64,000 nt of DNA from Anaerolineae bacterium. GTDB taxonomy: Bacteria > Chloroflexota > Anaerolineae > S140-20. The stretch spans positions 1 to 64,000 of the forward strand of contig JALUTT010000117.1 of the NCBI GenBank assembly GCA_027021705.1, read 5' to 3'. Under the pieces are notes generated by a model that was not told the DNA's origin, ran no database searches, and saw nothing but the letters and a program-made list of their open reading frames with translations. Positions 19,308 to 29,032 of this stretch are shown here, in pieces (positions within the stretch are counted from its first letter, which is position 1; every line of letters starts with the position of its first letter). Made by a program: the position numbers and the translations under genes.

Positions 19308-19404
19308 ACCCTCCCGCAGGTCACAAGGTGCCCGGTGATGGCAACGGCTTACCGGCGGCGGCCTACAACGCGCTTTAGGCCGTGGGGAGAACCTGCGAGA
19401 GGGT
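19308..19404 (+). mobile_element. Miniature inverted-repeat element, type B copy 1 (97 bp)
   Basis: Same termini as type A but a different core, shared with 32392 and 37285. Confidence 0.8.
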
Positions 19405-19426
19405 TCGAAAAGCCCTACAAGCCGCG

Positions 19427-21808
19427 CTACCCCTCTTCCACGGGAAGGGCCTCGACGGGCTCCGCCAACGCCTCCAGCGAGAATTGGCTGCCGCAGACTG
19501 TGCACTTGGCCGAGTCCTTACGGTCCTCGGTCAGCAGTCCGCCGCAGTTGGGGCAGGGCTGGGGCAGGGGCTTCTTCCAGACCCAGAAGTTGCAGGTGGG
19601 GTAGTTGGAACAACCGTACCCGATGCGCCCCCGCCGGGTCCGCTTCTCCACCAGGTCGCCTCCGCACTCCGGGCAGGTGACGCCGATCTTCTCCAGCCAA
19701 GGCTCGGTGTGGCGACACTCCGGGTAGCGGCTGCAACCGATGAACTTCCCGTAACGGCCCCACTTGATGACCAGAGGAGCGCCACACTCGGGACAGTCCC
19801 GCCCGATGGGCTGGTTGTCCATCCGCACCTCCGGCATCTGCTCCTCGGCCCGGGCCACGGCCTGGGCGAAGGGGTCGTAGAAGTCCCGCACCACGCTCAC
19901 CCAATCCACCTCGCCTGAGGCGATCCGGTCCAGGTCGGCCTCCATCTTGGCCGTGAAGTCCAAGTTGATGATCTCCGGGAAGTGCTCCACCAGCAGGTCG
20001 TTGACGATGAAGCCGGTCTCGGTGGGGACGAGCTGCCGGCCTTCCTTGCGCACGTAGCCCCGCTTCTGGATGGTGCTGACGATGGGGGCGTAGGTGCTGG
20101 GCCGACCAATCCCGTAGGACTCCAGGGCCTTGATCAGGCTGGCCTCGGTGTAGCGGGGTGGCGGCTGGGTGAAGTGCTGTTCCGGCAGCAGCCGGAGCAG
20201 GTCCAATACCTCGCCCTCCGTCAGCGGCGGCAGGTAGTTCCCCTCATCCTCCGGTGCCTCTTCCTCATCCTCTCCCCGCTTGTAGACGACCAGGAAGCCG
20301 GGGAAGCGCACGCGAGAGCCGCTGGCTCGGAAGAGGTAGACGGGATGTTTGATCTGCTCCTCAGGGACCTCGCCGTTGACCAGGTAGCCCCGGGGGATGG
20401 CGGGGATCTCGGCCGAGATGGTGTCGAAGATGGCCGGCGCCATCTGGCTGGCCACGAAGCGCCGCCAGATGAGGGTGTAGAGCCGGTACTGGTCCCGGGT
20501 GAGGTAGGGCTTGATCACCTTGGGCTCCCGCATCACCGAGGTGGGCCGGATCGCCTCGTGGGCCTCCTGAGCGCCCTTGGCCTTCGTCTTGTAGCGGGGG
20601 GGCTTCTCCGGCAGGTAGCGCTCGCCGAAGCGCTCGGCGATGTACTGCCGGGCTTCCTGCTGGGCCTGCTCGGCCACCTGGGTGCTGTCCGTCCGCATAT
20701 AGGTGATCAAGCCGACGCGCCCTGCGTCGCCCAGTTCGATCCCCTCGTAGAGCTGCTGGGCCACCCGCATCGTCCGGGAGGCGCTGAAGCCCAGCTTCTG
20801 AGACGCCTGCTGCTGCATCGTGCTGGTGGTGAAGGGCGGGGAGGGGCGGCGACGGCGCTGACCGATCTTCACCTTGCGCACCAGGTAGAGGGCGGTCTCC
20901 AGCTCCTCGACGATGGCCAGGGTGTCGGCCTCGTTCTTCAGGTCCACCTCCTCGCCCCGAATGCGGTGGAGCTTGGCGATGAAGGAGGGCCGGGCCTCCT
21001 CGCGGCCGTCTCCCTCGGCAGCCTGCTGCTTGGCCAGTTCGGCGGCGATGGACCAGTACTCCACGGGAACGAAGGCTTGGATCTCCCGCTCCCGCTCCAC
21101 CACCAGCCGCAGGGCGACGGACTGGACCCGGCCGGCCGAGAGGCGGCTGCGCACTTTGGACCAGAGCAGGGGGCTGAGCTTGTACCCCACCAGCCGGTCC
21201 AGGATGCGCCGGGCCTGCTGGGCGTTGACCAGTTGCATGTCAATGTCGCGCGGGTGGGAGAAGGCCTCTTCGATGGCGCTCCGGGTGATCTCGTGGAAGA
21301 CAACCCGCCGCATTTGGTCGGGCTTGATGCCCGTGGCCTCCATCAGGTGCCAGGCAATGGCCTCTCCCTCCCGGTCCGGGTCGGTCGCCAGGTAGACCTC
21401 GGCGGCATTTTGGACCAGTTTCTTGAGCTCCTTGACCACCTGGCGCTTCTCGTTGGGCACCCGGTAGCGGGGTTGGAAGTCGTGTTCCACGTCCACCGAG
21501 AGCTGGGAGCGCAGCAGGTCGCGCACGTGGCCCACGGAGGCTTTGACGGTGTAGTCCTTGCCCAAGAAGCGGCCCACGGTCCGGGCTTTGGCCGGCGACT
21601 CGACGATGACCAGCCGGCCCTCGGGCTTGGGCGGGTCCGGCTTGGGGATGGACTCGTGGGCCGGCGTGTAGCCCATCCTGAAGATGCGGCTCCCGCAGAC
21701 GGGGCAGGTGCCCTCGGTTGCCGGGGAGCCCTTAGCGGTGTAGACCGGCTTCGGGTTCTGGATCTCCCGTTTGGCCTTGCACTTGACACAGTAAGCCACC
21801 AGACTCAT
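19427..21808 (-). CDS. topA: DNA topoisomerase I with extra N-terminal Zn-ribbon (DUF5679-like)
   Basis: LVIVESPAKA, ATDPDREGEAI, SAGRVQS, ITYMRTDS, GIGRPSTY, C-terminal Zn ribbons; N-terminal YCVKC...GTCPVCG. Confidence 0.97.
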   Translation of the reverse strand: MSLVAYCVKCKAKREIQNPKPVYTAKGSPATEGTCPVCGSRIFRMGYTPAHESIPKPDPPKPEGRLVIVESPAKARTVGRFLGKDYTVKASVGHVRDLLRSQLSVDVEHDFQPRYRVPNEKRQVVKELKKLVQNAAEVYLATDPDREGEAIAWHLMEATGIKPDQMRRVVFHEITRSAIEEAFSHPRDIDMQLVNAQQARRILDRLVGYKLSPLLWSKVRSRLSAGRVQSVALRLVVEREREIQAFVPVEYWSIAAELAKQQAAEGDGREEARPSFIAKLHRIRGEEVDLKNEADTLAIVEELETALYLVRKVKIGQRRRRPSPPFTTSTMQQQASQKLGFSASRTMRVAQQLYEGIELGDAGRVGLITYMRTDSTQVAEQAQQEARQYIAERFGERYLPEKPPRYKTKAKGAQEAHEAIRPTSVMREPKVIKPYLTRDQYRLYTLIWRRFVASQMAPAIFDTISAEIPAIPRGYLVNGEVPEEQIKHPVYLFRASGSRVRFPGFLVVYKRGEDEEEAPEDEGNYLPPLTEGEVLDLLRLLPEQHFTQPPPRYTEASLIKALESYGIGRPSTYAPIVSTIQKRGYVRKEGRQLVPTETGFIVNDLLVEHFPEIINLDFTAKMEADLDRIASGEVDWVSVVRDFYDPFAQAVARAEEQMPEVRMDNQPIGRDCPECGAPLVIKWGRYGKFIGCSRYPECRHTEPWLEKIGVTCPECGGDLVEKRTRRGRIGYGCSNYPTCNFWVWKKPLPQPCPNCGGLLTEDRKDSAKCTVCGSQFSLEALAEPVEALPVEEG

Positions 21809-21929
21809 CGCTCACCCTCGCTAAACCCGTAGACTGTTGATAAGAGAACAATGCATCTCTCGAAACCACGCGAGTCGGCTTCGGACAGCGCTCAGAGAAA
21901 GGCCAGACGCGGGGGGTGTCCAACGGTGT

Positions 21930-23009
21930 TCAGAGGAGATCATGCCGCCCCATTGCCTTCAGTTGCTGCACCAGGGCCCGCACGTCTTGGGCCCGATCCC
22001 GCCGGCAGATGAGCAGGGCGTCCTCGGTGTCCACGATGATCAGGTCCTCGACCCCGATGGTCACCACCAGCCGGGCGTCGCTCCGCACCAGCGTGTTGAC
22101 CGTGTCCACGGCCACGTGCTCCCCGGTGACGACGTTGCCCCCCTCATCGCCCGGCAGGATCTCCAGCAGGGTGGCCCAGCTCCCCACGTCGGACCAGCCG
22201 ATCTCGACGGGGATGACGGCGACGTTACGAGCCCCTTCCATAATGGCGTAGTCCACAGAGATCTTCTCCACCTGGGGCCAGATGCGGGCCAGCACCTCCC
22301 GCTCCTGGGAGGAGCCCAGCGCCGCCTCGATCTCCTGGAGTTGCTGGTAGAAGAGGGGGCGCTGCCAGGCAAACTCCTCCAGCACCTGGTCCACCCGCCA
22401 GATGAACATCCCGCTGTTCCAGGTGTAGCGGCCGCTCTCCACGAAGCGGGCTGCCGTGGCCGCGTCGGGCTTCTCGGTGAAGGCCTCGGCCCGGTAGACG
22501 GCGAAACCGCCGAACTCCCCCAACCTCGCGCCTTGGCGGATGTAGCCGAAGCCGGTGGAGGGGTACTGGGGGGTGATGCCCAGGGTGACGATGTAGTGCT
22601 GCCGGGCGACCTCCTCGGCGGCGGCCAGGACCGCGCGGAAGCGCTCGGTGTTGGCGATGTAGTGGTCGGCGGTCAAGACGGCCATCACGGCATCGGGGTC
22701 TCGCTTCTTCAGGTAGATGGCCCCCAGCCCCACGGCCGGCCCCGAGTCCCGCCCCATCGGCTCCAGGATGAAGTTCTCGTCGGGAAGCTGAGGAGCCTGG
22801 GGGCGCAGGATGGCGGCCTGCTCCTCCCCGGTCACCACCAGGATGCGTTCGGGGGGGAAGAGGGGGGCCAGCCGGTCCACGGCGTGCTGGAACATCGTGC
22901 GGTCTCCAATGAGCCGGAGGGCCTGTTTGGGCCGGCGCTTCCGGCTTAGCGGCCAGAGGCGGGTGCCGGTGCCGCCGGCCATGATGACGGCGTAGTAGTG
23001 CTCAGACAT
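21930..23009 (-). CDS. manC: Mannose-1-phosphate guanylyltransferase
   Basis: IMAGGTGTRLWPLSR..PKQ, FTEKPD, WNSGMF, ISVDYAIME, WSDVGSW. Confidence 0.93.
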   Translation of the reverse strand: MSEHYYAVIMAGGTGTRLWPLSRKRRPKQALRLIGDRTMFQHAVDRLAPLFPPERILVVTGEEQAAILRPQAPQLPDENFILEPMGRDSGPAVGLGAIYLKKRDPDAVMAVLTADHYIANTERFRAVLAAAEEVARQHYIVTLGITPQYPSTGFGYIRQGARLGEFGGFAVYRAEAFTEKPDAATAARFVESGRYTWNSGMFIWRVDQVLEEFAWQRPLFYQQLQEIEAALGSSQEREVLARIWPQVEKISVDYAIMEGARNVAVIPVEIGWSDVGSWATLLEILPGDEGGNVVTGEHVAVDTVNTLVRSDARLVVTIGVEDLIIVDTEDALLICRRDRAQDVRALVQQLKAMGRHDLL

Positions 23010-23042
23010 AGGTGGACTCCTTCACTTCCATCACGCTTCCCC

Positions 23043-24152
23043 TCAATCCACCATATAAGGAATTCCGCTCTCCCGGGCCAGCACGTAGTGCATCCCCCCT
23101 ACCTGACGGACCATCCCTTTCAACTCCATCAGGGCCAGGGTGCTGCTGACCTCGGCGATGGGGAGGGCCAGGTCCCGGGCGATCTCGTCCACGTGGAGGG
23201 GCTCCATCGAGAGGTGGCTCAGCAAGCGGGCCTCGGTCTCGTTCTCCGGCAGGGCCATCTGCACCTCCACGTGCTGGGCCACCATCGTCATGTTCAGCTC
23301 CTCCAGGATGTCACGGGCCTCCAGAACCATCTTGGCCCCATCCTGGATCAGACGGTTGGTCCCCCGGCTGGAACGGGCGGTGATGTTGCCCGGCACGGCG
23401 AAGACATCCCGACCCTGCTCCGCCGCGTAGTCGGCGGTGATGAGGGCCCCGCTGCGCAGGCCGGCCTCCACGACCAGGACGCCCAGGCTGAGCCCGCTGA
23501 TGATCCGGTTGCGCGGCGGGAAGTTGCCCGCCTCGGGCCGGGTGCCCAGGGGGTACTCGCTGATCAGCGCCCCGGCTTCCACGATCTGGGCGGCCAGCCG
23601 GCGGTGCTCCGGCGGGTAGACCTGGTCCAGCCCGTGGCCCAGGACGGCGATGGTCCGCCCGCCGGCGGCCAGCGCGGCCTGGTGGGCGTGGCGGTCAATG
23701 CCCCGGGCCAACCCGCTGACGATGGTGATCCGGTTGCGAGCCAGCTCCCCCACCAGCGTCTCGGTCACCTGACGCCCGTAGGCCGTGGCCCGTCGGGTGC
23801 CGACGACGGCCAGCGCCCAGCGGTCCTCGGGGCGGAGTTCTCCCTTGACGTAGAGGAGCGGGGGCGGATCCGGGATCTCGGCCAGCAGGGGCGGGTAGTC
23901 GGGGCTCTCCCAGGTGATCAACCGGAGGCCGGCCCGCTCCAGCCGGGCCATCTCGGCCTCCAGGTCCAGCGTCCGGCGGGTCTCCAGGAGGTTGGCGAGG
24001 GCCCGACGGTCCAGGCCGGCCGCGCGGAGGGCGTCGGCGCTGGCGTGCCAGGCCGCCTCCAGGTCGCCGAAGTGGTCCAGGAGCGCCCGGGTCTTGGCCG
24101 GGCCGATGCCCTGCACGATGTTGAACCCCACCCAGTAGCGCAGGTCCGTCAC
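23043..24152 (-). CDS. dprA: DNA-processing protein DprA
   Basis: AVVGTRRAT.YG, VSGLARGID, FPPRNRIISGLS, SGALITA; GTG 24152 after GAGG. Confidence 0.95.
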   Translation of the reverse strand: MTDLRYWVGFNIVQGIGPAKTRALLDHFGDLEAAWHASADALRAAGLDRRALANLLETRRTLDLEAEMARLERAGLRLITWESPDYPPLLAEIPDPPPLLYVKGELRPEDRWALAVVGTRRATAYGRQVTETLVGELARNRITIVSGLARGIDRHAHQAALAAGGRTIAVLGHGLDQVYPPEHRRLAAQIVEAGALISEYPLGTRPEAGNFPPRNRIISGLSLGVLVVEAGLRSGALITADYAAEQGRDVFAVPGNITARSSRGTNRLIQDGAKMVLEARDILEELNMTMVAQHVEVQMALPENETEARLLSHLSMEPLHVDEIARDLALPIAEVSSTLALMELKGMVRQVGGMHYVLARESGIPYMVD

Positions 24153-24256
24153 GTCAACCTCGCCATCGGCCCGCCGGGGCGGACCCTCTCCGCTCGGAGC
24201 AGCGAACTCGACACCAGCATACACGGAATCGAGGAGATTGTCAAGACCCGTTGGGC

Positions 24257-24823
24257 CTACCGCAGCCCCTCCGGGACTACGACGAGCAACCGTCCCCTCT
24301 CCAGGTCTACCTCCAGGACCACGTCCTCCAAAGCCGGCAGGAGCAGCTCCCCTTCGGGACCTTGGACTACGTAGACATCGTTGCTGCCGGTGGTGATGAT
24401 CTCGGTGACCACTCCCAGCCACTCCCCCTCCGGCGTCTCCACCTCCAGGCCGAGGATCTGGTGCTCGTAGTACTCGTCCTCCTCCAGGGGAACCGCTTCC
24501 TCCAGGGGGACCTGCACCAGTTGACCGCGCAGGGTTTCGGCGGTCTCCCGGTCCTCGCACCCAACCAGCCGCAGGATGGCGGCCTTGCGGTGGAAACGGA
24601 CGCTGGCCACCTGGTAGGGGACGGCATAAGGGCCGACGTAGACCCGCTGCAGGTGGAGCAAGCGCTCCGGGTACTCGGTCAGGACGGCCATCTTCAGTTC
24701 GCCGCGCACGCCCCAGGGCCGGACGATCCGCCCTACCGCCAAATAGCGAGGCTCAGGACGTGGTTTTCTCGTGCCTGAGCCCCGGAACCTCCGCTGGGGG
24801 GAGAGGAGACGTTGGTCGCTCAT
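24257..24823 (-). CDS. rimM: 16S rRNA processing protein RimM
   Basis: VGRIVRPWGVRGE, EDEYY..QILGL, GSNDVYVV. Confidence 0.93.
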   Translation of the reverse strand: MSDQRLLSPQRRFRGSGTRKPRPEPRYLAVGRIVRPWGVRGELKMAVLTEYPERLLHLQRVYVGPYAVPYQVASVRFHRKAAILRLVGCEDRETAETLRGQLVQVPLEEAVPLEEDEYYEHQILGLEVETPEGEWLGVVTEIITTGSNDVYVVQGPEGELLLPALEDVVLEVDLERGRLLVVVPEGLR

Positions 24824-25050
24824 CCCACAATCTCAAGGGTGACGGATTTCCCTTGCCGTGCCGCGACCACCCGCAGGAGGGCCCGGATCGCGTTGGCCAC
24901 CCGGCCATTGCGGCCTATCACCCGCCCCACATCCTCGGGAGCTACCTCCAGTTCGAGGATCACGTTACGGCCCCGCTCAACCTCCCGCACCCTGACTTGC
25001 GAGGGGTCGTCCACCAGGGACTTGGCGATGTACTCCACCAGTTCTTTCAT
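24820..25050 (-). CDS. khpA: KH-domain RNA-binding protein
   Basis: MKELVEYIAKSLVDDP, GRVIGRNG; between rpsP and rimM. Confidence 0.93.
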   Translation of the reverse strand: MKELVEYIAKSLVDDPSQVRVREVERGRNVILELEVAPEDVGRVIGRNGRVANAIRALLRVVAARQGKSVTLEIVG

Positions 25051-25093
25051 CGAGGGTCTCCACGGGTAACGGATAGCGGTCAGCGATTAGCGG

Positions 25094-25663
25094 CTAGCGG
25101 TCGGCTGTTGCCTCCGGCGCGGCCTCGCCCGCCGGTTCCTCTTCTTCCGCTGCCGGTTCCGCTTCCCCAGCCTCCTCCACCGCCCCTTCGGCTGTCACCT
25201 CCGGTGCGGCCTCGCTTGCCGGTTCTCCTTCCCCCGGTGCCGGCTCCACCTCCGCAGCCTCCTCTACCGTCGCCTCGGCTGTCACTTCTGACGCGGCTTC
25301 GGCCACCACCTCCTCTTCCACGACCGCTGCCGCTGCCTTGGCGGCCTCCTCAGCCGCCGCCTCGGCCTCCATCTCGGCCAGGAGCGCCTCCAGGGGTTCC
25401 CCCGCCTTCAACCGCTTGAAGTAGTCCATCACGCCCACCTTGGTCAGCAGGCGCAGGACGGGCTCGCTGGGCTGAGCCCCCACGCTCAGCCAGTAGAGCG
25501 CCCGCTCCCGCTTGATGCTCACCGTCTCCGGCTCCGTGCGGGGGTTGTAGAACCCGATGATCTCGATGAAACGACCGTCGCGGGCCGCCCGGGAATCGGC
25601 CACGACGACCCGATAGCTAGGCTGCTTCTTTGCACCAACCCGGCGTAAACGAATGCGTACCAT
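25094..25663 (-). CDS. rpsP: 30S ribosomal protein S16 with acidic repetitive C-terminal tail
   Basis: [32 protein letters not shown]; start could be 25675. Confidence 0.95.
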   Translation of the reverse strand: MVRIRLRRVGAKKQPSYRVVVADSRAARDGRFIEIIGFYNPRTEPETVSIKRERALYWLSVGAQPSEPVLRLLTKVGVMDYFKRLKAGEPLEALLAEMEAEAAAEEAAKAAAAVVEEEVVAEAASEVTAEATVEEAAEVEPAPGEGEPASEAAPEVTAEGAVEEAGEAEPAAEEEEPAGEAAPEATADR

Positions 25664-25711
25664 AGATTTTTTCATCCTCCCTTACGTTTTACGTACTTAC
25701 GTTTTACGTAC

Positions 25712-27037
25712 TTACAGGCCAAGCATGCGCAGGAGGTCGCGTCCACCTCCCTTGCTGAGCTGCTTCATCATCTTCTGGGTCTGGCGGAACTGGCGCAGCA
25801 GCGCGTTGACATCGGCAACGGTGGTCCCGCTCCCCCGGGCGATACGCCGCCGCCGGCTGGCGTTGATGATGCGGGGGTTGCGCCGTTCCTCCGGCGTCAT
25901 CGAGTTGATGATGGCCTCGATCTTCTTCAGTTCCTGGTCGGTCACCTCCGGCGCGATCTCCTTGCCGATCTGCTGGAAGCCGGGGATCAGCTCCAGCAAC
26001 TGGCTTAGCGGCCCCATCTTCTTGAGCTGCTGGAGTTGCTGCCGGAAGTCCTCCAGGTCGAACTCGGCCCGCAGCAGCTTCTCGGCGGCCCGCTGGGCCT
26101 CTTCTTGGTCAAAGGCGGCCTCGGCCCGCTCGATGAGGGTGAGCACGTCGCCCATCCCCAAGATGCGAGAGGCCAGCCGGTCGGGGTGGAAGAGCTCCAG
26201 AGCCGTCGGCTTCTCCCCCACGCCGACGAACTTGATGGGCACGCCGGTGACGGCCCGCATGCTGATGGCCGCGCCTCCCCGGGCGTCGCCGTCCAGCTTG
26301 GTCAGGATCAGGCCCGTCAGCCCCAGCCGCTGGTGGAAGCCCTGGGCCACGTTGACGGCCTCCTGGCCGGTCATCGCGTCGGCCACCAGCAGGATCTCGT
26401 GGGGCTGGGTGCGGGCCTTGACCGCCTCCAGCTCGGCCATCATCGCGTCGTCAATCTGGTGCCGCCCCGCCGTGTCCAGGATCAGCAGGTCGTACCCCTC
26501 CTGCCGAGCCCGCTCCAGGGCGTGAGCACAGATCTCCGGCGGGGGGACCTCCGTCCCTTCGCTGTGGACGGGCAGGTCGAGCTGACGGCCCAGCACCTCC
26601 AACTGGCGCACGGCGGCCGGACGGTAGGTATCGGCGGCGACCAGGAGGGGCCGACGTCCCTTCTTGCGCAGCCAGAGGCCCAGCTTGGCCACCGTCGTCG
26701 TCTTGCCGGAGCCGTGGAGGCCGACGAGCATGAGGACGTGAGGCGGCGGCCCTTCCAATTGCAGCCGGCCCGGCTCCCCCAACGTGGCGATCAACTCCTC
26801 GTGGACGATCTTGATCACCTGCTGGGCCGGACTCAGCCGACGGTGGATCTCGACCCCGATCGCCCGTTCCTGGACCCGCCGGATGAAGTCCTTGACGACC
26901 TTGTAGTTGACGTCGGCTTCCAGCAACGCCAGGCGCACCTCCCGCAGGCCGGCCTTGACGTCGGCCTCGGTGAGCAGGCCCCGCTTGCCCATCCGCTCGA
27001 AGATGGCCTGGAGCTTGTCGGTCAGGCTCTCAAACAT
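25712..27037 (-). CDS. ffh: Signal recognition particle protein
   Basis: LLEADV, GLHGSGKTTT, DTAGR, TKLDGDARGGAA, RIARGSG. Confidence 0.98.
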   Translation of the reverse strand: MFESLTDKLQAIFERMGKRGLLTEADVKAGLREVRLALLEADVNYKVVKDFIRRVQERAIGVEIHRRLSPAQQVIKIVHEELIATLGEPGRLQLEGPPPHVLMLVGLHGSGKTTTVAKLGLWLRKKGRRPLLVAADTYRPAAVRQLEVLGRQLDLPVHSEGTEVPPPEICAHALERARQEGYDLLILDTAGRHQIDDAMMAELEAVKARTQPHEILLVADAMTGQEAVNVAQGFHQRLGLTGLILTKLDGDARGGAAISMRAVTGVPIKFVGVGEKPTALELFHPDRLASRILGMGDVLTLIERAEAAFDQEEAQRAAEKLLRAEFDLEDFRQQLQQLKKMGPLSQLLELIPGFQQIGKEIAPEVTDQELKKIEAIINSMTPEERRNPRIINASRRRRIARGSGTTVADVNALLRQFRQTQKMMKQLSKGGGRDLLRMLGL

Positions 27038-27075
27038 CACGCACTCCCACCTGCCCCTTCAGGTGTCCTGTAAGC

Positions 27076-27197
27076 GTAGCTGTTCACCCTCCCGCAGGTT
27101 AGGCGCGTTTCCGACGTGAAACCGTGCTTCAAATAGCCCATCGGGGCTGAAAGCGCCCTCGACCGGTGACCTGCGGGAGGGTAGGCTGCATAGATAC
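27076..27197 (+). mobile_element. Miniature inverted-repeat element, type A copy 2
   Basis: Core 27086-27182 near-identical to 12178-12274. Confidence 0.85.
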
Positions 27198-27226
27198 CTA
27201 GATACCAAGGAAGCAAGCAATGGGTG

Positions 27227-27255
27227 ATTCTAATGCAGTTTGTCCCTTTCGTCAA
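27227..27255 (-). promoter_or_regulatory. sigma70 promoter of the ffh operon
   Basis: TTGACG-17nt-TAGAAT. Confidence 0.6.
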
Positions 27256-27263
27256 GCACCCTC

Positions 27264-28703
27264 CTACCCCGGCGGATTGAAGTAGTTGTAGACCGCCGTG
27301 GCGATGTCGCTGATGAGGGGGGCGCTCTGTTCCCACTCCAGCCAGCCGGGGTTGTAGAGGTAGATGACCAGCACGAAGTCCCCCTGGGGCGAGAAGACAA
27401 TGCCCGCGTCGGCGTGGGTATCCCCGATCCAGCCGTGCTTGTGGGCCAGCGGCGTGTCGGGCGGGATGCCTACCTCGATGAGGCTGTTGATCTTGTTCTG
27501 CTTCATGATCTCCAGTTGCATCCCGCACTCTTCGGGCGTCAGTTCGTTGGGATAGAGGGCCAGGAGTGTCCCCCCGCCCCGGCTGCACTGGTAGATCATC
27601 TCCAGCAGCATCCCCATATCCAGGGGCGTCGTCTGCATCGCCGGGTCAGGTTGGGTGTTGATGTCGGTGCGGGAGTTGGCCGGCGTGACGATGGTCGGCG
27701 GCACCATCTCCGCCTCGTAGGGAACGGCGATGAAGGTGTTCACCAGCCCCAACCGGTGCATGGACTCGGTCACCCGCTCGGCCCCCCGGTAGGCATCCCC
27801 CTCCCCGATCTCCCGCAGGAGCAGGTTGGCCGTGAAGTTCCCGCTGAGGGTGAGAGTCTCCGTCAGCAGCTTGGTCTCCTCAACGTTGGGGGCCCGATCC
27901 AGGTAGCGGAAGAACTCCTCCACAATGGCGACCTTCACGATGCTCATTCCGGCGTAAGCGACCTCGGCGTTGAGAGCCAGCTCCTCGCCCGTCTGGAGGT
28001 CCTTGACGAAGACGCTGACCACGCCGGGGAAGTCGGCTGCCCGCGCCTGGATCAGCTCCCCTACCATCTCCAGCGAGGCCGGTGGAGGCGGGGTCACCTC
28101 GACCGGCAGCGTGACCTCCCGCTCATCGGGTGAGTAGAGGGCCTGGGTAACCAGGGGGAGAGCCGCCTCGACCTTCAAGCGGGTCCCCGGTTCCCCCGGG
28201 GCCAACTTCAGCTCGGCCACCACGGGGCGTGGAGGCTCGGGGTCCCGGTCGTACTGCTGGGCAACGAGGCTCAGGAAGTCCCGCAGGGCTTCCTCGGAGT
28301 AGGTGGCTTCGATGGGGACGTGGGCGGCCGGTGGTGGCCGGCGGAAGAGGTGAGCCAGGAAGCCCCGCACCCCGCCGGCCCGAGCGTGGGCCTCCTCCAG
28401 GGCCGCCCGCGTCGTCTCCCAATTGATGCGAAAGGCCACCTCCTCCGGGTAGAGGGGAATGGTCGTCTCTTCGTAGTGGAGCAGGACGGGGGCGCTGTAG
28501 GCCGTGGTCACCCGCTCGACAGCCTCGTCTGGGCTCAACCCCGAGACAGAGATCCCCCCCAGCGTGGTGCCGGGGGCCAGGTAGGCCCGAGCCTGACGGT
28601 AGCCCTGCCACTGCCAGATGAGCAAACCCGTGCCTACGAGGGCGATGAGAAACCACCAAAACCGGTTACCGCGTTCCCGACGATGGGGGATCGCCAGTCC
28701 CAA
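27264..28703 (-). CDS. Membrane-anchored class A beta-lactamase-like serine hydrolase with YoaR-like PG-binding domain
   Basis: N-terminal TM; SIVK (SxxK), SGN, HKHG motifs; TTP.DM..LL..IY; start uncertain. Confidence 0.8.
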   Translation of the reverse strand: MGLAIPHRRERGNRFWWFLIALVGTGLLIWQWQGYRQARAYLAPGTTLGGISVSGLSPDEAVERVTTAYSAPVLLHYEETTIPLYPEEVAFRINWETTRAALEEAHARAGGVRGFLAHLFRRPPPAAHVPIEATYSEEALRDFLSLVAQQYDRDPEPPRPVVAELKLAPGEPGTRLKVEAALPLVTQALYSPDEREVTLPVEVTPPPPASLEMVGELIQARAADFPGVVSVFVKDLQTGEELALNAEVAYAGMSIVKVAIVEEFFRYLDRAPNVEETKLLTETLTLSGNFTANLLLREIGEGDAYRGAERVTESMHRLGLVNTFIAVPYEAEMVPPTIVTPANSRTDINTQPDPAMQTTPLDMGMLLEMIYQCSRGGGTLLALYPNELTPEECGMQLEIMKQNKINSLIEVGIPPDTPLAHKHGWIGDTHADAGIVFSPQGDFVLVIYLYNPGWLEWEQSAPLISDIATAVYNYFNPPG

Positions 28704-29032
28704 GAGCACTCCTCCCAATGCGATCTTGTCGCTGCTTCCCGATGGCGATCGGTGGAAGCTGCCTCATTGGGGCAAACCCCGGGTTTGCCCTCCTGACCAG
28801 GAACCGGCTCGGCAGGAGGAACGCAGCCAGGGCTGACAGCCACCGAGCCGGGGGGAGTATAACACAGAGCAAAGGGGTGGGCAAGCAGGCGCTGTCGGCC
28901 CCCAGAAGCGAGCGGTGCCCGACACCCTGTGGGGTGCCAGGCACCGGATGACCGGGTGCCGGTGGCGATCTGCTTTCGGGCGCTCCCCTGGCACCCCCGG
29001 TGGGGGTGGCAGGGAGAAGCCCAATGGCCGGA

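Noticed and set aside
28720..28860. c-di-GMP-I riboswitch (GGGCAAACC) in the serine hydrolase leader
   Set aside because: It is a simple palindrome GGGCAAACC/GGTTTGCCC; the GAAA loop and GACGCAAAG motif are absent.
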